Origin: Pontiella sp.
Lineage (GTDB): Bacteria; Verrucomicrobiota; Kiritimatiellia; Kiritimatiellales; Pontiellaceae
Reading direction: 5' to 3'
Assembly (NCBI GenBank): GCA_050290185.1
Contig: JBNKHE010000003.1
Span: 64,001-128,000, forward strand
Length of the DNA stretch: 64,000 bases
Shown here: piece by piece, positions 47,751-58,258 of the stretch
Position numbering within the stretch: position 1 is the stretch's first letter
Layout: each line of letters opens with the position of its first letter
Program-made: the position numbers and the translations under genes
Notes under the pieces: generated by a model
Seen by the model: the letters and a program-made list of their open reading frames with translations, nothing else
Databases searched by the model: none
Told to the model about the DNA's origin: nothing

Positions 47751-48506
47751 ATGAGAAAAAAGATTATTGCCGGTAACTGGAAGATGAACAAGACCGTTGC
47801 GGAAGCGGTCGAGCTGGCTACTGCCATCAAACGTGATCTCGCCGACTGCAGCGCGGTTGACGTTGTGCTGTGCCCGCCGTTTACCGCGATCAAGTCAGTC
47901 AGTGATGTGGTTTCCGAAACGCTGATCAATGTGGGCGCCCAAAACATGTCGTCCGAAGAAAACGGCGCGTATACCGGCGAAGTTTCGCACGCCATGCTCA
48001 AGGAACTGTTTGTCCGCTACGTGATTCTCGGCCACAGCGAACGCCGTCAGTACTACAAGGAAAACGATTTCTGGATCAACAAGAAGGTCGTTAAAGCCCT
48101 CGAAAAGAACCTGCGTCCGATCCTCTGTGTAGGGGAACAGCTCGAAGACCGCGAAGCCGGAAACACCGAGCAGGTGGTTGAAGTGCAGGTCCGCGAAGGA
48201 CTTAAGGATATTCCCGCCGACGCCTACACCGAACTCGTTATTGCTTATGAACCCGTATGGGCCATCGGCACCGGCAAGACCGCTTCGTCTGAACAGGCGC
48301 AGGAAGTCCATGCCTTCATTCGCGGCATTGTTAAGGATATGGTTGGTGCGGAAGCTGCCGAAGCCGTACGCATCCAGTACGGCGGAAGCATGAAACCTGA
48401 CAACGCCGCTGAACTGCTGTCCCAGCCCGATATCGATGGGGGTCTGATCGGCGGCGCGGCATTGGATGCAAATTCATTTGCTGCGATCGTCACGGCGGCC
48501 ATGTAA
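47751..48506 (+). CDS. tpiA: Triosephosphate isomerase
   Basis: AGNWKM, GHSERR, AYEPVWAIGTG. Confidence 0.98.
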   Translation: MRKKIIAGNWKMNKTVAEAVELATAIKRDLADCSAVDVVLCPPFTAIKSVSDVVSETLINVGAQNMSSEENGAYTGEVSHAMLKELFVRYVILGHSERRQYYKENDFWINKKVVKALEKNLRPILCVGEQLEDREAGNTEQVVEVQVREGLKDIPADAYTELVIAYEPVWAIGTGKTASSEQAQEVHAFIRGIVKDMVGAEAAEAVRIQYGGSMKPDNAAELLSQPDIDGGLIGGAALDANSFAAIVTAAM

Positions 48507-48527
48507 CGAAACTAAAGGAAACCCGTT

Positions 48528-48893
48528 ATGATTTTTCTAAAAGCGCTTCTTATTGTGGTTGAGGTGATCTGCTGTCTTCTGCTGATCTGCCTGGTGCTGC
48601 TTCAGCGGTCGAAAAACGAAGGCCTCGGTTTGGCTTTTGGCGCCGGGGCGGGCGAAGCCCTGTTTGGCGCCCGGGCCGGTAATGTACTCTCCAAGGCCAC
48701 CGTTATACTCGGCATTGTCTTTATGGCGAGCACGCTGGTTCTGGGCATGATGTTTGCGCAGAAGGATAAGGCTTTGATCGATACGGTTGATGTCGGCCCT
48801 ACAGCGGTTCCCGCCGCCCAGACACAGCCATTGCAGGGCATGGATCTGGCCATGCCTCCGGTTGAGCCCGTTCCTGCGGAAACGGACATGTAG
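48528..48893 (+). CDS. secG: Preprotein translocase subunit SecG
   Basis: VLLQRSKNEGLG..FG, two TMs, follows tpiA. Confidence 0.9.
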   Translation: MIFLKALLIVVEVICCLLLICLVLLQRSKNEGLGLAFGAGAGEALFGARAGNVLSKATVILGIVFMASTLVLGMMFAQKDKALIDTVDVGPTAVPAAQTQPLQGMDLAMPPVEPVPAETDM

Positions 48894-48915
48894 TCCAAAC
48901 TTTCGTTCTACGAAT

Positions 48916-48957
48916 GAAAATCCCTCTTTGCCTCGCTGGCAGGGAGGGTTTTTATTT
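48916..48957. terminator. Probable bidirectional terminator between secG and opp ATPase
   Basis: GAAAATCCCTCTTTGCC...GGCAGGGAGGGTTTTT. Confidence 0.7.
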
Positions 48958-50949
48958 GAACAGGATGCACTTGCAGGAGTGCGTGTCGCTGAAAGATATT
49001 TCTGCGGGGTAGTCGGCGGAGCATGCTGGCATCGCTTTTGGACAGCGGGGATGAAAATGGCAGCCGGTGGGGGGATGGATCGGAGAGGGAACATCGCCTT
49101 CCAGCACGATCTTCTTCAGCCGGCCTTCCGTTGCCACCTGCGGTGCGGCGGACAAGAGCGCCTGCGTGTAAGGATGCTTCGGGGAATTAAAGATCTCTTC
49201 GGTCGTGCCTTCCTCGACGATGCGGCCGAGATACATGACGGCTACGCGGTCGGCCAGATATTGCACCACGCTCAGATCATGCGTAATGAAGATGTAGGAT
49301 AGATTCAACTCGGACTGGAGGTCCTTGAGTAGATTCAGAATCTGCGCCTGTACCGATACGTCCAGCGCGCTGGTGGCTTCGTCGCAAATCAAGAGTTCCG
49401 GATCGGTGGCGAGGGCGCGGGCCAGCACGATGCGCTGGCGCTGTCCTCCGGAAAATTCGTGGGGGTAGCGGTAGATCATATCCGAACTCAGGCCGACCCG
49501 TTCCAGCAGGGCTTGCGCTTTATCAAGACGCTCTTTCCGCGAGTTCCCGATCCCGTGAACGACCATGCCTTCCGTAATGATTTCGCCGATGGGCTGGCGC
49601 GGATCGAGGCTGGAAAAAGGATCCTGGAAAACAAACTGGATGTTCTGCCGCATTTCCTTCATCGCCCGTTTGTTCAAACCGGCCAGATCCTTCGATTTAA
49701 ACTCAACGCTTCCGCCAGTCGGCTCCAGCAGTTTGATGATGCTTTTACCCACCGTGGTTTTTCCACAGCCGGACTCGCCGACCAGTGCCAGCGTTTCGCC
49801 CTTGTGCAACCGGATGGAAACGCCGTCGACTGCTCTCACGGATCCTCGCGATTTTCCGAAAAAACTTTTTTTTAGCGGGAAGTGCAGTTGTAGATCGGTC
49901 GTTTCAAGGCAAACGATCGAGTGATCCAGCGGGCTTGGCATGGCCGGTTTTCGTGAGATGGGAAGATCCCCGCGGTGATTCGTATCCTTGAAGAGATGGC
50001 ATGCCGCCGTGTGGGTTTCCGAAATGGACAGGCGGGCGGGAGCAACGGTTTTACAAATGTCCATGCGGGCGGGACAGCGATTTTCAAACCGGCACCCGGC
50101 CAGCTCGAGCGTGGCTTTCGGTACCAGTCCTTCAATGGTATCCAGCTTGTCCGTGCGGTTGCTTTGCGAGGGCAGGGCGCGCATCAGTAGTTCGGTATAC
50201 GGATGTGCCGGACGGTTGAACAGCTCCTTGATGGGAGCTTCTTCGACCAGTTTTCCTCCATACATGACGCCCACGCGGTCAGCATTTTCGCGCACGACGC
50301 CCATGTCGTGGGTAATGAGCAGAATGGCGGTGCCCGTTTTTTCCTGCAGTTCTTTCATCAACGTTAGAATCTGCGACTGAATCGTGACATCGAGTGCGGT
50401 GGTCGGTTCGTCGGCAATCAACAGTTTTGGTTTGCAGGCCAGCGCCATGGCAATCATGACGCGTTGCTGCATGCCGCCGGAGAGTTCGTGCGGATAGTTG
50501 TCGATGCGGGCCTTGGGATCGGGGATGCCGACCATCTCGAGCATTTCGATGGAGTGAGCGTGTGCCGCTTTTTTGTCCATGCCCTGATGCAGACGGAACA
50601 CCTCGGCGATCTGCTGGCCCACGGTGAAGACCGGATTGAGCGCGGTCATGGGTTCCTGAAAGATCATCGAGATATCGTTGCCGCGGATGCTGCGCATCTG
50701 TTCGGTGGTGCATCCGATGAGTTCCTGGCCGCAAAAGCGGATACTTCCGCCCTCGATGTATCCAAGACCCTTCGGAAGCAACTGCATGACTGACAGGGCG
50801 GTGACGGACTTGCCGGAACCGGATTCGCCTACCAAAGCGTAGGTTTCGCCGGGGCGGATCGACAAGGAGACGCCGTCAACCGCGCGGGCCGGGTCTTTGT
50901 CGGTGCGGAACCAGGTCCGCAGGTCGGAAATCTCCAGTAGCTGTTCCAC
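48952..50949 (-). CDS. Fused OppD/OppF-type ABC ATPase
   Basis: Two GES(G)xGK Walker A, two HE(L/F)SGG signatures, two HPYT..GCxFxxRC tails. Confidence 0.93.
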   Translation of the reverse strand: MEQLLEISDLRTWFRTDKDPARAVDGVSLSIRPGETYALVGESGSGKSVTALSVMQLLPKGLGYIEGGSIRFCGQELIGCTTEQMRSIRGNDISMIFQEPMTALNPVFTVGQQIAEVFRLHQGMDKKAAHAHSIEMLEMVGIPDPKARIDNYPHELSGGMQQRVMIAMALACKPKLLIADEPTTALDVTIQSQILTLMKELQEKTGTAILLITHDMGVVRENADRVGVMYGGKLVEEAPIKELFNRPAHPYTELLMRALPSQSNRTDKLDTIEGLVPKATLELAGCRFENRCPARMDICKTVAPARLSISETHTAACHLFKDTNHRGDLPISRKPAMPSPLDHSIVCLETTDLQLHFPLKKSFFGKSRGSVRAVDGVSIRLHKGETLALVGESGCGKTTVGKSIIKLLEPTGGSVEFKSKDLAGLNKRAMKEMRQNIQFVFQDPFSSLDPRQPIGEIITEGMVVHGIGNSRKERLDKAQALLERVGLSSDMIYRYPHEFSGGQRQRIVLARALATDPELLICDEATSALDVSVQAQILNLLKDLQSELNLSYIFITHDLSVVQYLADRVAVMYLGRIVEEGTTEEIFNSPKHPYTQALLSAAPQVATEGRLKKIVLEGDVPSPIHPPTGCHFHPRCPKAMPACSADYPAEISFSDTHSCKCILFK

Positions 50950-51821
50950 TACGACCGTCCTTTCGAAAAGCGGGGATCGAGCGCATCGCGCAGTCCATCA
51001 CCGAGGAAATTCATGGAAAAGAGGGTTATGGAAAAGACTGCGGCGGGTGCTATCAACAGCCATGGGTAGGTTTCCATGACGGCCGCGCCATCCTTGATCA
51101 GTACGCCCCACGAGCACATGGGTGGACGGATGCCAAGCCCCAGGAAGCTAAGGAAGGTTTCCATGAGCATGACGTGCGGGATGGTGAGAGTGGTGTAGAC
51201 AATAACGATGCCCATCACATTGGGAATAATGTGCTTTGCTATGATGCGCCGGTGCGAGGAGCCGATGGCGATGGCCGACTCGACAAAGGCCTGCTGGCGC
51301 AGCGCCATAACTTGGCCGCGTATGATTCGCGCCATGACCAACCACGAGATTGCGCCTATGGCCCCGAAGAGCAGCATGAAATTGCGTCCGAATACGACCA
51401 TGAGGATGATGACCAGGATGGTGAAGGGAATCGTGTATAGAACGTCCACGATACGCATCATGACGGCATCGACGCGGCCGCCGACATATCCGGAGATCGC
51501 GCCGTATGGAACCCCGATCAGCAGGGACACGAGGGTTGCACAGATGCCGACAAGGAACGACGTGCGGCCGCCATACAGGATCCGGGTTAACTGGTCGCGG
51601 CCCAGCGTATCCGTTCCCAGCCAGTGTTCGGCCGAGGGCTTCAGGCTTTGGAGTTCGAGGTTTTGCTCGCTGTAGGTGTAGGGGGTCAGCCACGGGGCGG
51701 CAATCGAAGCCGTGATGAGAATGATCAGAATCACCAGACCAATCATGGCGGCCCGGTTTTTTCGGAGCTGTTTCCAGGCATCGGTCCACAGCGAGCTTTT
51801 ATGGGGATGGCCTTTCGTCAT
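50949..51821 (-). CDS. oppC: Oligopeptide ABC permease
   Basis: HWLGTDTLGRD, FLSFLGLG, NFLGDGLRDALDP. Confidence 0.9.
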   Translation of the reverse strand: MTKGHPHKSSLWTDAWKQLRKNRAAMIGLVILIILITASIAAPWLTPYTYSEQNLELQSLKPSAEHWLGTDTLGRDQLTRILYGGRTSFLVGICATLVSLLIGVPYGAISGYVGGRVDAVMMRIVDVLYTIPFTILVIILMVVFGRNFMLLFGAIGAISWLVMARIIRGQVMALRQQAFVESAIAIGSSHRRIIAKHIIPNVMGIVIVYTTLTIPHVMLMETFLSFLGLGIRPPMCSWGVLIKDGAAVMETYPWLLIAPAAVFSITLFSMNFLGDGLRDALDPRFSKGRS

Positions 51822-52738
51822 GCGTGCATCCTCAGTTTGGGGTTCAGCATGCCTAGCAGTATGTCGACGATGGCGTTGAATACTACGACCAGCGCCGCAA
51901 AGAATACAACCAGTCCCAAGATCAGCGTGTAGTCGCGGTTGAAGGCCGCCAGCACGAACATGCGTCCCATGCCAGGAATGTTGAAAATGCTTTCCACCAC
52001 GAACGATCCGGTCAGGATACCGGCTGTGGCCGGGCCGAGATAGGAGACGACGGGAAGAATCGCGTTTTTCAGGGCATGCCTGAATACGACATTGGCCTCC
52101 GACAATCCTTTGGCGCGGGCGGTGCGGATATAGTCGGAAGGCAGCACTTCGAGCATGCTTCCACGGGTGAGGCGCGAGATGTAGGCCGCATACGCCGAAC
52201 CCAGCGTAATGACCGGCAGGACGCGGTCGATGGGATAGTCCCACCCCGAAGCGTTGAACCAGTGCAGCCATAGGCCGAAGATGAGAATCAGAATCGGGCC
52301 CAGCACGAAGGACGGCATGCAGATGCCGGTCATGGCCAATCCCATCGGGAGGTGGTCCTGTGCGCTGTTGGGCTTGAGCGATGCAACGACACCTGCCAGC
52401 AGGCCGATGAAAAGGGCATAGAGCATGGCCATCGCACCGAGCTCGACCGATACCGGAAAGGTTTCCTTGATGATGTCGTTGACCGTGTGGCTTGGATATT
52501 GAAACGAAGGGCCTAGCTCGCCCTTAATCACGTTGAGCATGTAGTGGCCGTACTGGACCATCAGGGGCTTGTCCAGTCCGTAGTGCTCGTTGAGCCGGGC
52601 GATGGCCTCGGCCGAGTATTCCTTTTCAGCGGTAAAGGGTCCGCCGGGAGCGAGGCGTACCATGAAGAAGACGATTGTGATCGAGACGAACAGTACCAGG
52701 ATCAGCTCAAGCAATCGTTTTAGGATGAATTTTAGCAT
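51818..52738 (-). CDS. oppB: Oligopeptide ABC permease
   Basis: APGGPF, DYIRTARAKGL, FVVESIFNIPGMG. Confidence 0.9.
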   Translation of the reverse strand: MLKFILKRLLELILVLFVSITIVFFMVRLAPGGPFTAEKEYSAEAIARLNEHYGLDKPLMVQYGHYMLNVIKGELGPSFQYPSHTVNDIIKETFPVSVELGAMAMLYALFIGLLAGVVASLKPNSAQDHLPMGLAMTGICMPSFVLGPILILIFGLWLHWFNASGWDYPIDRVLPVITLGSAYAAYISRLTRGSMLEVLPSDYIRTARAKGLSEANVVFRHALKNAILPVVSYLGPATAGILTGSFVVESIFNIPGMGRMFVLAAFNRDYTLILGLVVFFAALVVVFNAIVDILLGMLNPKLRMHA

Positions 52739-52745
52739 GGATGGA

Positions 52746-54353
52746 CTATTCGCTTTCGAGATGGATGTATTTATAGGGGTGGTGGTCCAGTATGGAGGCA
52801 TTCCAGCCCTTGACCGAGCACTGCACCAACGACCGGCTTGGGAGGAATAGAAGGGGAATCAGTGGCTGCTCGTCAATCAGGATCGTTTCCGCATTTTGGT
52901 AGAGCTGGTTTCGTTCCTTGGCGTCGGCTGTCATCGAAGCCTGCGCGACCAATGCATCGTAGTCCGCAGAGGACCAGTCCACGTGGTTGTTGCCCCCGCC
53001 TGTCAGCCAGACATCGAGGAAAGAAGAGGGATCGACGTAGTCCGCGACCCACTCGGCCCGGGCAATGCCGAACTGCCGGTCCTTACGGCGGGCTTGGTAG
53101 GCCTTCCATTCGACATTGTCGAGCTCGATGTCGATCCCTAGGTTTGCCTGCCACATCTGCTGGATGACTTCCGCGATGCGGGTATGCAGATCTGAGGTAT
53201 GAAACAACAGGCTCAGCTTGGGGAATCCTTCGCCGTTCGGATAGCCGGCCTCGGCCAGCAAGCGTTGCGCTTCCGCAATATCGGTTGAGAAGAGTCGGGG
53301 TGGTTCATAGTCGCCGGTGTGGGGCGGTGTGAAGGAATAGGCGGGCGTCTCGCCGGCCTTGGTGACAAACGAGGCCAACTTGTCGCGGTCGATGGCCATG
53401 GCGAGCGCCTTGCGGACGCGGACATCGTCTAGCGGTGGCTGGTGGACGTTAAGCAGGTAGTAGTAGGAGCGCAGGTAGGGCGCAATCTGCAACAGCTCGG
53501 GATGCATGTCCCGGTAGTATTGTACGCGGTCAGAGGGCACGGTACCAGTAATGTGCAGCTGTCCGGCGCGGAACGAACGCTCTTCGATCATGTGGTCGCC
53601 GATCGGATGGAAATGGATCTCGTTCAACCGGACGGTCGCGGCATCCCAGTAGAGCGGATTCTTCTCCACCACGATGGAATGGTTTTGCTTCCACGACTTG
53701 AGGGAAAACGGACCGTTGCCGACAAAGCTGCCCGGTCGTGTCCATGGAGTGCCCAGCTCATCGATCTTTCCATGGGCTAGAATGGTCGGCGGGTGGACCG
53801 GATACCACGACCAGTGGTTCAATTGCGACAGGAACGAAGGCGTTGGCTGTTCGAGCGTTAGTTGCAGGGTGTGCGGATCGAGGGCTTTTGCACCGACCTG
53901 TTCGAAATCCGTTGTCTCACCCAGGTTGAATGCCTTCCCGTTCTTAAGCACATGAAGCATGTAGGCGTAGGGGCTTCCCAATGCGGGCGAGAGGATGCGC
54001 CGGTAGGAAAAGACAAAGTCGTCCGCGGTTACCGGATCGCCGTTCGACCACTTGGCATCCTCGCGAATCTTGAAGGTGTATACCGTTTGATCGACCGAAA
54101 CAGTCCAGCTTTCGGCAGCGCCCGGTACCGGCTTCAGCGACGGATCGTTCGGGTCTTCGGAAACGAGGCCTTCGAGCAGGGCGGCGATCACATTGTAGGC
54201 CGAGAGACCGGTGACAACATGGGGGTCGAGATCCTTCGGTTCGGACAGGTTGCCCAGATGCAGGACCTGTTCGCGGTTGCCGGTTTCGACCGGCGTTTCG
54301 CGGTGGCCGCATCCGGCGAGCAAGAGGATGGAGAGGAGAAGGAACCTATTCAT
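52746..54353 (-). CDS. oppA: Oligopeptide-binding lipoprotein (OppA family), copy 2
   Basis: Lipobox LAGC; EPKDLDP, KWSNGDPVTADDF. Confidence 0.9.
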   Translation of the reverse strand: MNRFLLLSILLLAGCGHRETPVETGNREQVLHLGNLSEPKDLDPHVVTGLSAYNVIAALLEGLVSEDPNDPSLKPVPGAAESWTVSVDQTVYTFKIREDAKWSNGDPVTADDFVFSYRRILSPALGSPYAYMLHVLKNGKAFNLGETTDFEQVGAKALDPHTLQLTLEQPTPSFLSQLNHWSWYPVHPPTILAHGKIDELGTPWTRPGSFVGNGPFSLKSWKQNHSIVVEKNPLYWDAATVRLNEIHFHPIGDHMIEERSFRAGQLHITGTVPSDRVQYYRDMHPELLQIAPYLRSYYYLLNVHQPPLDDVRVRKALAMAIDRDKLASFVTKAGETPAYSFTPPHTGDYEPPRLFSTDIAEAQRLLAEAGYPNGEGFPKLSLLFHTSDLHTRIAEVIQQMWQANLGIDIELDNVEWKAYQARRKDRQFGIARAEWVADYVDPSSFLDVWLTGGGNNHVDWSSADYDALVAQASMTADAKERNQLYQNAETILIDEQPLIPLLFLPSRSLVQCSVKGWNASILDHHPYKYIHLESE

Positions 54354-55962
54354 TGGCTTCGAGATGGAGATACTGGTACGGGTGCTTGTCCAGCGGGTTG
54401 GCATTCCAGTTCTTGACTGACGGCTGCACCAGCGCCTTTTCGCGGTAGTAGTAGATCGGAACAATCGGAACCTCTTTCACCAGAACCTCTTCCGCCTGCT
54501 GAAAAAGGGCGTTTCGCTTTTCGGGATTCATTTCGCATCCGGCGGCTGCGAGGAGTTCGTCATATTGGGTGTTGGACCAGCCGGCATCGTTGTTGCCGCC
54601 CCCCGTGAGGTAGCATTCAAGGAAAGTGGATGGATCGATATAGTCGCCGATCCAGCTGGCACGGGCCACGTCGAACTTATGATCGTTCTTCATGGCGAGA
54701 TAGGTCTTCCACTCCATGTTCTGCAACTGCACATCAATGTTCAGCGTTTCCTTCCAGAGTTGCTGGACCACCTCGGCGATGGCCGCATGGGCCTTGTGGG
54801 TGTTGTAGAGCAGTTCGGTTTTGGGGAAGCCTTTGCCGTTGGGGTAGCCGGCCTCGGCCAGAAGCTTTCGAGCCTTGGCCAAATTGAACTCGATTTGGGC
54901 CGTGGAGGTGTAGCCCGCAGTATTCGGCGGCGTCAGGCAGTAGGCGGGCTTTTCGCCAGCCTTGCAGACATACTTCGTGATCTTCTCGCGATCAAGCGCC
55001 ATCGCAAGTGCCTGGCGAACCCGGACGTCGTCGAACGGCGGTTTGGTGGTGTTGAATTCATAGAAGTATGTCCCAAGCCAGTCTTCGAGCCGGATGAGTT
55101 CGGGATGGTTTTCACGGTAGTATTGGATGCGGTCGAGCGGGCATTCCTTGGTGATGTGCAGCTGTCCGGTACGAAAGGCGCGCTCCTCGGCAACGGGATC
55201 ATCAATCGTATAGAAGTGGATCTCGTTCAGTCGTACGGATTTGGCATTCCAGTAGTAGGGGTTGCGGACGGTCTTCACCTTGCGGTTGGGCTGCCAGTAT
55301 TCCAGCATGAACGGGCCGTTACCGACCAGGTTGCCGGTATGTGTCCATTTCGTGTGGAGTTCGTCGATGCGGCCAAACTTGAGGATGGTTGCTTGATGTA
55401 CCGGGTAGGCCGAACGGTCGCGCACGAGACGGAGGAAGTAGGGGGTCGGTGCCCTAAGGGTAAACTGCAGCGTATGGTCGTCGAGCGCCTTCACCCCCAC
55501 CTGCTCGAAATCGGTGATCTCCCCCTTGGTGTAGGCCTCCGCATTTGTAATGACATAATGCATGTAGGCATACTGTGCGGAGAGTGCGGGCGAAAAGAGG
55601 CGCCGGTAGGAAAAGACGAAGTCATGGGCCGTGAGCGGATCGCCGTTGGACCATCGGGCTTCGGGGCGCAAATGGAAGGTATACACCATGCCGTCGTCGG
55701 AAATGTCCCAGCTCTCCGCCACGCCCGGCGCCGGATCGGTGTTGCCGGGACGCCAAGCAACCAATCCTTCGAACAAGGCATCCTGAATGCGGGATTCGGG
55801 GCTGCCGGTGGTGGTCTGCGGATCGAGATCCTGCGGCTCCGAGCCCGCATTGATATGCAGGATCTGTTCGCGGTTCCCGATTTCAACCGGTGTTTCGCGG
55901 CGGGAACAGCCGAAAAGAAGAAGCAGGGAGCAGGCGAACGGGATGAAAGGTTTTTTCATCAT
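54346..55962 (-). CDS. oppA: Oligopeptide-binding lipoprotein (OppA family), copy 1
   Basis: Lipobox LFGC; EPQDLDP, RWSNGDPLTAHDF. Confidence 0.9.
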   Translation of the reverse strand: MMKKPFIPFACSLLLLFGCSRRETPVEIGNREQILHINAGSEPQDLDPQTTTGSPESRIQDALFEGLVAWRPGNTDPAPGVAESWDISDDGMVYTFHLRPEARWSNGDPLTAHDFVFSYRRLFSPALSAQYAYMHYVITNAEAYTKGEITDFEQVGVKALDDHTLQFTLRAPTPYFLRLVRDRSAYPVHQATILKFGRIDELHTKWTHTGNLVGNGPFMLEYWQPNRKVKTVRNPYYWNAKSVRLNEIHFYTIDDPVAEERAFRTGQLHITKECPLDRIQYYRENHPELIRLEDWLGTYFYEFNTTKPPFDDVRVRQALAMALDREKITKYVCKAGEKPAYCLTPPNTAGYTSTAQIEFNLAKARKLLAEAGYPNGKGFPKTELLYNTHKAHAAIAEVVQQLWKETLNIDVQLQNMEWKTYLAMKNDHKFDVARASWIGDYIDPSTFLECYLTGGGNNDAGWSNTQYDELLAAAGCEMNPEKRNALFQQAEEVLVKEVPIVPIYYYREKALVQPSVKNWNANPLDKHPYQYLHLEANE

Positions 55963-55971
55963 GAGCGGATC

Positions 55972-57954
55972 CTAGTTCACTTCTACGGGTTGGTTCAGCC
56001 AGGCCGCGAACGGCTCGAAGCTGTAGGGACGTCCGAGGAAATCCTCAACGAGATCGGAAGCGTCCTTGGAGCCTCCGGGCGAGAGAATGAAGGTGCGGTA
56101 GTCGTTCGCTGTTTTTTTATTCAGCATCCCTTCCTTCTCGAAGCGGGTGAACATATCCTTGGCGATCACCTGGGACCACATGTAGGTGCAATACATCGAT
56201 CCGTAGCCCACCAGGTGGCCGAAGTTTGCATACATGTGCGTATCCGGGACATGTTTGAACATGGAATATTCGTCCTGTAGTCCATCCATGGTTTTGGCCA
56301 GGTTGAGATCCGCCGGGTCGCAGTTGTAGATGGTCATTGAGGTGGCGGCGTAGAACATCTGGTGGGTTGCAAAAAGGCCGGTGCCGAATTCCTTGGCCGC
56401 GACCATGCTTTCCACCATTTCGGGCGGGATCGTTTGGCCTTCCTTGTTCATGGCCAGCATCTTCAGTGTTTCCGCGTTCCAGACCCACTCTTCCAGCATC
56501 TGCGACGGGGCTTCAACAAAGTCGCGTTCCGTCGCGATACCGGAGAAGCGGATCCATTGTTGATTTCCGGAAAAAAGGTGATGCAGCAGATGCCCGAATT
56601 CATGCAGGAAGGTTTCCACCTGCGCATGTTCCATTAGTTCGGTCTCGTCGTCCTGTCCGGGAAAGTTGCAGATCAGTGCCGAAACCGGTAGCTGACGGCC
56701 GCTCAGTCCGACCTGTAGGTCAAAGTGCGCCGCATGCTTGTACTTGTTTTCTCTCGGATGCAAATCAAGGTAGAAGCGGCCGATCACGGTATCTCCATCG
56801 AGCATCTCGTAGGCTTGGACGGATGGGTCCCAGATCGGGGTGTTCCAGGGGCGGAAGGTTACGCCGTAAAGGGACGAGGTCAGTTTAAAGATGCCATCGC
56901 GCACATGGCCGAACTGGAAATAGCTCCGGATCTTTTTGGCATCCACATTAAACTGTTCCTCGCGGATCAACTCCTCCAGATAGGTTTTCTGCCAGTCGCC
57001 GACTTCCGTCGCGGCCGGGTCGATCTGCTGGAGGCGTTTTAGCAGAATAGCATACTCCGCTTCGGCGCGCGGCCGCGCTCCGGCCTCCACATCATCGATA
57101 AACTTGAGGACGGTCGGAACATCCTTCACCATCTTCGTTTCGGTCTCGTATTCCGCGTAGTTTTTGTAGCCGATCAAATTGGCCAGTTCATAGCGCTTGA
57201 TCAGGATGTCCTTCAGCACGTTGTCGTTGATGGGATTGGCGCGGTTCTTGAATTCCTTGTAGAGCGCCAGCCGCGCTGCGTCGTTTTTCGCATAGCGGCT
57301 AAAGGGGATGTAGTCGGGATAATCCGTTGTTATCTTGATTTCGCCGTTTTCATCGGGCTGGTGCGCCGCGATGTAATCTTCCGGCAGGCCGGCAAGATCA
57401 TTCGTAGAGGTCAGGGTGATGCTGCGGACATCCTGACGGACATTCAGGGAAAATTGCTGACCCAGTTCAGTCAGCTCATTGTTCAATTCCTTGATGCGCT
57501 TCAGGACATCGTCCGGTTGGTCTACGCCGCTGCGGCGGAAATCGCGCAGGGTGTGCTCCAGATATCGCTTGGTCTGCGCATCGGCCTGGGAAACATCCAC
57601 CGCCTTGCATGCTTCATAAAGAGGCCGGGACAGGCTGATTTCATTGTACAGTTTTGTGATTTCCTTCTGCTGGTTTTCAGCAATGTCGCGAATCTCCTGC
57701 GAAGGATGTACATTATAAAACAGGGATGCTTTGCTGGCGCTATTGGCCAGTATCCGTTCCATTTCGTTTAGCGGAATCAGTACGGATTCAAAGGTCTTTG
57801 CTCCGTCGAGTTTTTCCAGCTTCCGGAAGATTTCTTCAGACTGGGACAACTCTTGTTTGCATTCTTCGCGGTAGTTTTCAGCGACACCATCGCCATAGGT
57901 CAACGCTGCTGAAATCATGATTAAAACTCCGGTAAGCGATGTGGAAATTCTCAT
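55972..57954 (-). CDS. M3 family (thimet-like) oligopeptidase with signal peptide
   Basis: FYLDLHPRENK, FLHEFGH, DFVEAPSQMLEEW; GAGG RBS before MRISTS. Confidence 0.92.
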   Translation of the reverse strand: MRISTSLTGVLIMISAALTYGDGVAENYREECKQELSQSEEIFRKLEKLDGAKTFESVLIPLNEMERILANSASKASLFYNVHPSQEIRDIAENQQKEITKLYNEISLSRPLYEACKAVDVSQADAQTKRYLEHTLRDFRRSGVDQPDDVLKRIKELNNELTELGQQFSLNVRQDVRSITLTSTNDLAGLPEDYIAAHQPDENGEIKITTDYPDYIPFSRYAKNDAARLALYKEFKNRANPINDNVLKDILIKRYELANLIGYKNYAEYETETKMVKDVPTVLKFIDDVEAGARPRAEAEYAILLKRLQQIDPAATEVGDWQKTYLEELIREEQFNVDAKKIRSYFQFGHVRDGIFKLTSSLYGVTFRPWNTPIWDPSVQAYEMLDGDTVIGRFYLDLHPRENKYKHAAHFDLQVGLSGRQLPVSALICNFPGQDDETELMEHAQVETFLHEFGHLLHHLFSGNQQWIRFSGIATERDFVEAPSQMLEEWVWNAETLKMLAMNKEGQTIPPEMVESMVAAKEFGTGLFATHQMFYAATSMTIYNCDPADLNLAKTMDGLQDEYSMFKHVPDTHMYANFGHLVGYGSMYCTYMWSQVIAKDMFTRFEKEGMLNKKTANDYRTFILSPGGSKDASDLVEDFLGRPYSFEPFAAWLNQPVEVN

Positions 57955-58111
57955 TAATACCTCACGTTTAAACTGCGACATAAACAATGAGCAAGTTATG
58001 CCCTCTATGAGGGATGGAGTCAAGAAACAGCGTTGTTGCGCCATCCAGTGATTCACATTGGACTGTGAGGTAGTCATTTTCTGCTCGCTCATGCGGGCAA
58101 GGAGGGCCATC

Positions 58112-58140
58112 TTGACAAAATATCCGCCTTCCGCTAACAC
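58112..58140 (+). promoter_or_regulatory. Candidate sigma70 promoter for the MFS gene
   Basis: TTGACA-17 nt-TAACAC. Confidence 0.5.
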
Positions 58141-58258
58141 CTTCGGTTAGCATGTAACAACTTTTCCAGAATGGCCTCTCCGGTGCGCGTGCACAATCGC
58201 CTGAACGCGATTTCCTGTCTGCCGCCCGTAAAAGTCAGGAATACTTGATGAGTAATGT

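Noticed and set aside
54565..56280. 571-aa plus-strand ORF
   Set aside because: Antisense to oppA and M3 peptidase; typical codon-bias artefact
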